From an uncultured Alphaproteobacteria bacterium (GTDB lineage: Bacteria; Pseudomonadota; Alphaproteobacteria; Rhizobiales; Xanthobacteraceae), in contig CAWBSI010000028.1 in the NCBI GenBank assembly GCA_963791375.1, positions 102,058-166,057 on the forward strand: DNA of 64,000 nt. Reading direction: 5' to 3'. Position 1 is the stretch's first letter. The number at the start of each line of letters is the position of its first letter. The position numbers were made by a program, and so were the translations under genes. The notes beneath the pieces are model-generated. The model was not told the origin of the DNA and made no database searches. It worked only from the letters and a program-made list of their open reading frames with translations. Below are positions 62,791 through 64,000 of the stretch, one piece after another.

Positions 62791-64000
62791 CCAAGTGGCC
62801 GGCGCGCTTGCCCTGCTGCCGGGATATGCCGCCCAGCACGTGCTGCTGAGCATGACGGCGCTGGCGCTCGGGGTCGCGATCAGCCTGCCGCTGGCGGTGC
62901 TGGCGTCGCGCCGTCCGCGGTTGCGGTTCATCGCGCTCGCGGTCGCGAGCCTGGTGCAGACGATCCCCGGCCTCGCACTGCTCGCCTTGTTCTATCCGCT
63001 GCTGCTCGCGCTTTCGGCGCTGACGACCCGCCTCTTCGGCTTCGGCGTGCCGGCACTCGGATTCCTGCCGTCGCTGTTGGCGCTGACGATCTATTCGATG
63101 CTGCCGATCTTGCGCAACGGCGTGACCGCCCTCATCGGCGTCGACCCCGCCTATGTGGAAGCGGCCGACGGCGTCGGCATGACGCCCCGCCAGCGCCTGT
63201 TCCGGGTCGAACTGCCCCTGGCCGCGCCGGTGATCATGGCCGGCATCCGCACCGCGGCGGTATGGACCATCGGGATTGCGACCCTGAGCACCGCCGTCGG
63301 GCAGACCAGCCTCGGCAATTTCATTTTCTCCGGACTGCAGACCGAGAACTGGATCTACGTGCTCACCGGCTGCATCGCGGTGGTGATCCTGGCACTGTTC
63401 GTCGACCAGGTGCTCGGGCTGATCGAAGCCGGCGCGGTCAGGCGCGACGGCCGGCGCATCGCCATCGGCGTGGCGGCGCTGCTGCTCGGCACTGCCGCAG
63501 CCGCGGCATCGCTGTTGCGCGGACCGACCGCCGACTACGTGCTCGGCGCGAAGAATTTCTCCGAGCAATATATTCTTGCGGGGTTGATGGCCGAGCGTAT
63601 CGAGCAGGGCGGCCACACCGCCACGCGCAAGGAAGGGCTCGGCTCCGCCGTCATCTTTCGCGCGCTCGCCGGCAGCGAGATCGACGCCTATGTCGACTAT
63701 TCCGGGACGCTATGGACCAATGTGATGGAGCGCCGCGACGTGCCGCCGCGCGAGGCCATGCTCGAGGAGATGACGCGCTACATGCGGGAGCGCTACGGCG
63801 TGACCGTGCTCGGCGCGCTCGGCTTCGAGAACGCCTATACGCTCGTCATGCGCGGCGACCGGGCCACCGCGCTCGGCGTGCGCACCATTGCCGATCTCAC
63901 GCCGCTGGCGCCGCGCCTCACGCTGGGCAGCGACCTCGAATTCCTGAGCCGCCCGGAATGGGCCGCGCTCAGGCGGACCTATGGGTTGGCGTTCGGCCAG
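62783..64000 (+). CDS. ABC transporter permease fused to a substrate-binding domain (OpuCB/OpuCC-like), partial at the window end
   Basis: My own translation from ATG 62783 (ATGGATGA overlap) gives [23 protein letters not shown]...[54 protein letters not shown]... then ...[24 protein letters not shown].... It is open to position 64000. Confidence 0.8.
   Translation, partial: MDDQVAGALALLPGYAAQHVLLSMTALALGVAISLPLAVLASRRPRLRFIALAVASLVQTIPGLALLALFYPLLLALSALTTRLFGFGVPALGFLPSLLALTIYSMLPILRNGVTALIGVDPAYVEAADGVGMTPRQRLFRVELPLAAPVIMAGIRTAAVWTIGIATLSTAVGQTSLGNFIFSGLQTENWIYVLTGCIAVVILALFVDQVLGLIEAGAVRRDGRRIAIGVAALLLGTAAAAASLLRGPTADYVLGAKNFSEQYILAGLMAERIEQGGHTATRKEGLGSAVIFRALAGSEIDAYVDYSGTLWTNVMERRDVPPREAMLEEMTRYMRERYGVTVLGALGFENAYTLVMRGDRATALGVRTIADLTPLAPRLTLGSDLEFLSRPEWAALRRTYGLAFGQ

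Noticed and set aside
1-64000. Mobile elements, integrases, tRNA/rRNA genes, toxin-antitoxin or phage-defence loci
   Set aside because: Reading both strands, I found no transposase/integrase-like ORF, no cloverleaf-like or rRNA-like sequence, and no large ATPase/nuclease gene pairs typical of defence systems. This absence was judged by eye only and would need tRNAscan/Infernal/HMM confirmation.

Overview
This is a GC-rich alphaproteobacterial chromosomal segment. The two-armed REP palindromes, the many Bug/TctC binding proteins and the gene content suggest a Bradyrhizobium/Rhodopseudomonas-type (Nitrobacteraceae) genome; that is inference only, since no database search was possible. I read about 60 protein genes and saw no rRNA, tRNA, CRISPR array, transposase or integrase.

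Blocks in order:
- 1-5551: a tandem triplication of a PQQ quinoprotein dehydrogenase gene with REP spacers. Only the promoter-proximal copy is intact.
- 5.6-16.4 kb: Bug-family binding proteins, an opine-dehydrogenase-like gene and an aromatic/lactone catabolic cluster (VanA-like Rieske oxygenase, FAH-family hydrolase, two amidohydrolases, LLM monooxygenase, CMD and PPOX proteins).
- 16.4-18.0 kb: a lower-GC islet with an H-NS-like gene.
- 18.1-22.9 kb: a GldA/F/G-like ABC system plus a DUF4340 protein.
- 22.9-31.3 kb: an MFS transporter, then a phosphate-starvation lipid-remodelling locus. It holds a YbhN-like gene, plcP-like and agt-like genes, and frame-disrupted phoD, btaA and btaB.
- 32.4-49.5 kb: a C-P lyase regulon (phnCDE; phnF, a second phnM-like gene and DUF1045; phnGHIJKLMN). 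It is split by an unrelated block of about 4.6 kb and carries recognisable Pho boxes.
- 49.8-53.3 kb: DEAD-box helicase, infA, DTW and VOC genes.
- 53.9-60.8 kb: an uncharacterised membrane/cytochrome c module joined to a reductase-less Rieske oxygenase pair, next to LigB/LigA-type and PhtD-like genes.
- 61-64 kb: solute-binding and betaine-type ABC genes.

The two observations most worth follow-up are the membrane redox module at 53870-58439 and the frame disruptions. About 18 disruptions in six genes are almost all single-base surpluses. That questions whether those 'pseudogenes' are biological or consensus errors.

All calls come from reading the ORF track and sequence by eye. Family names are from memory, and start codons are often non-ATG and uncertain.
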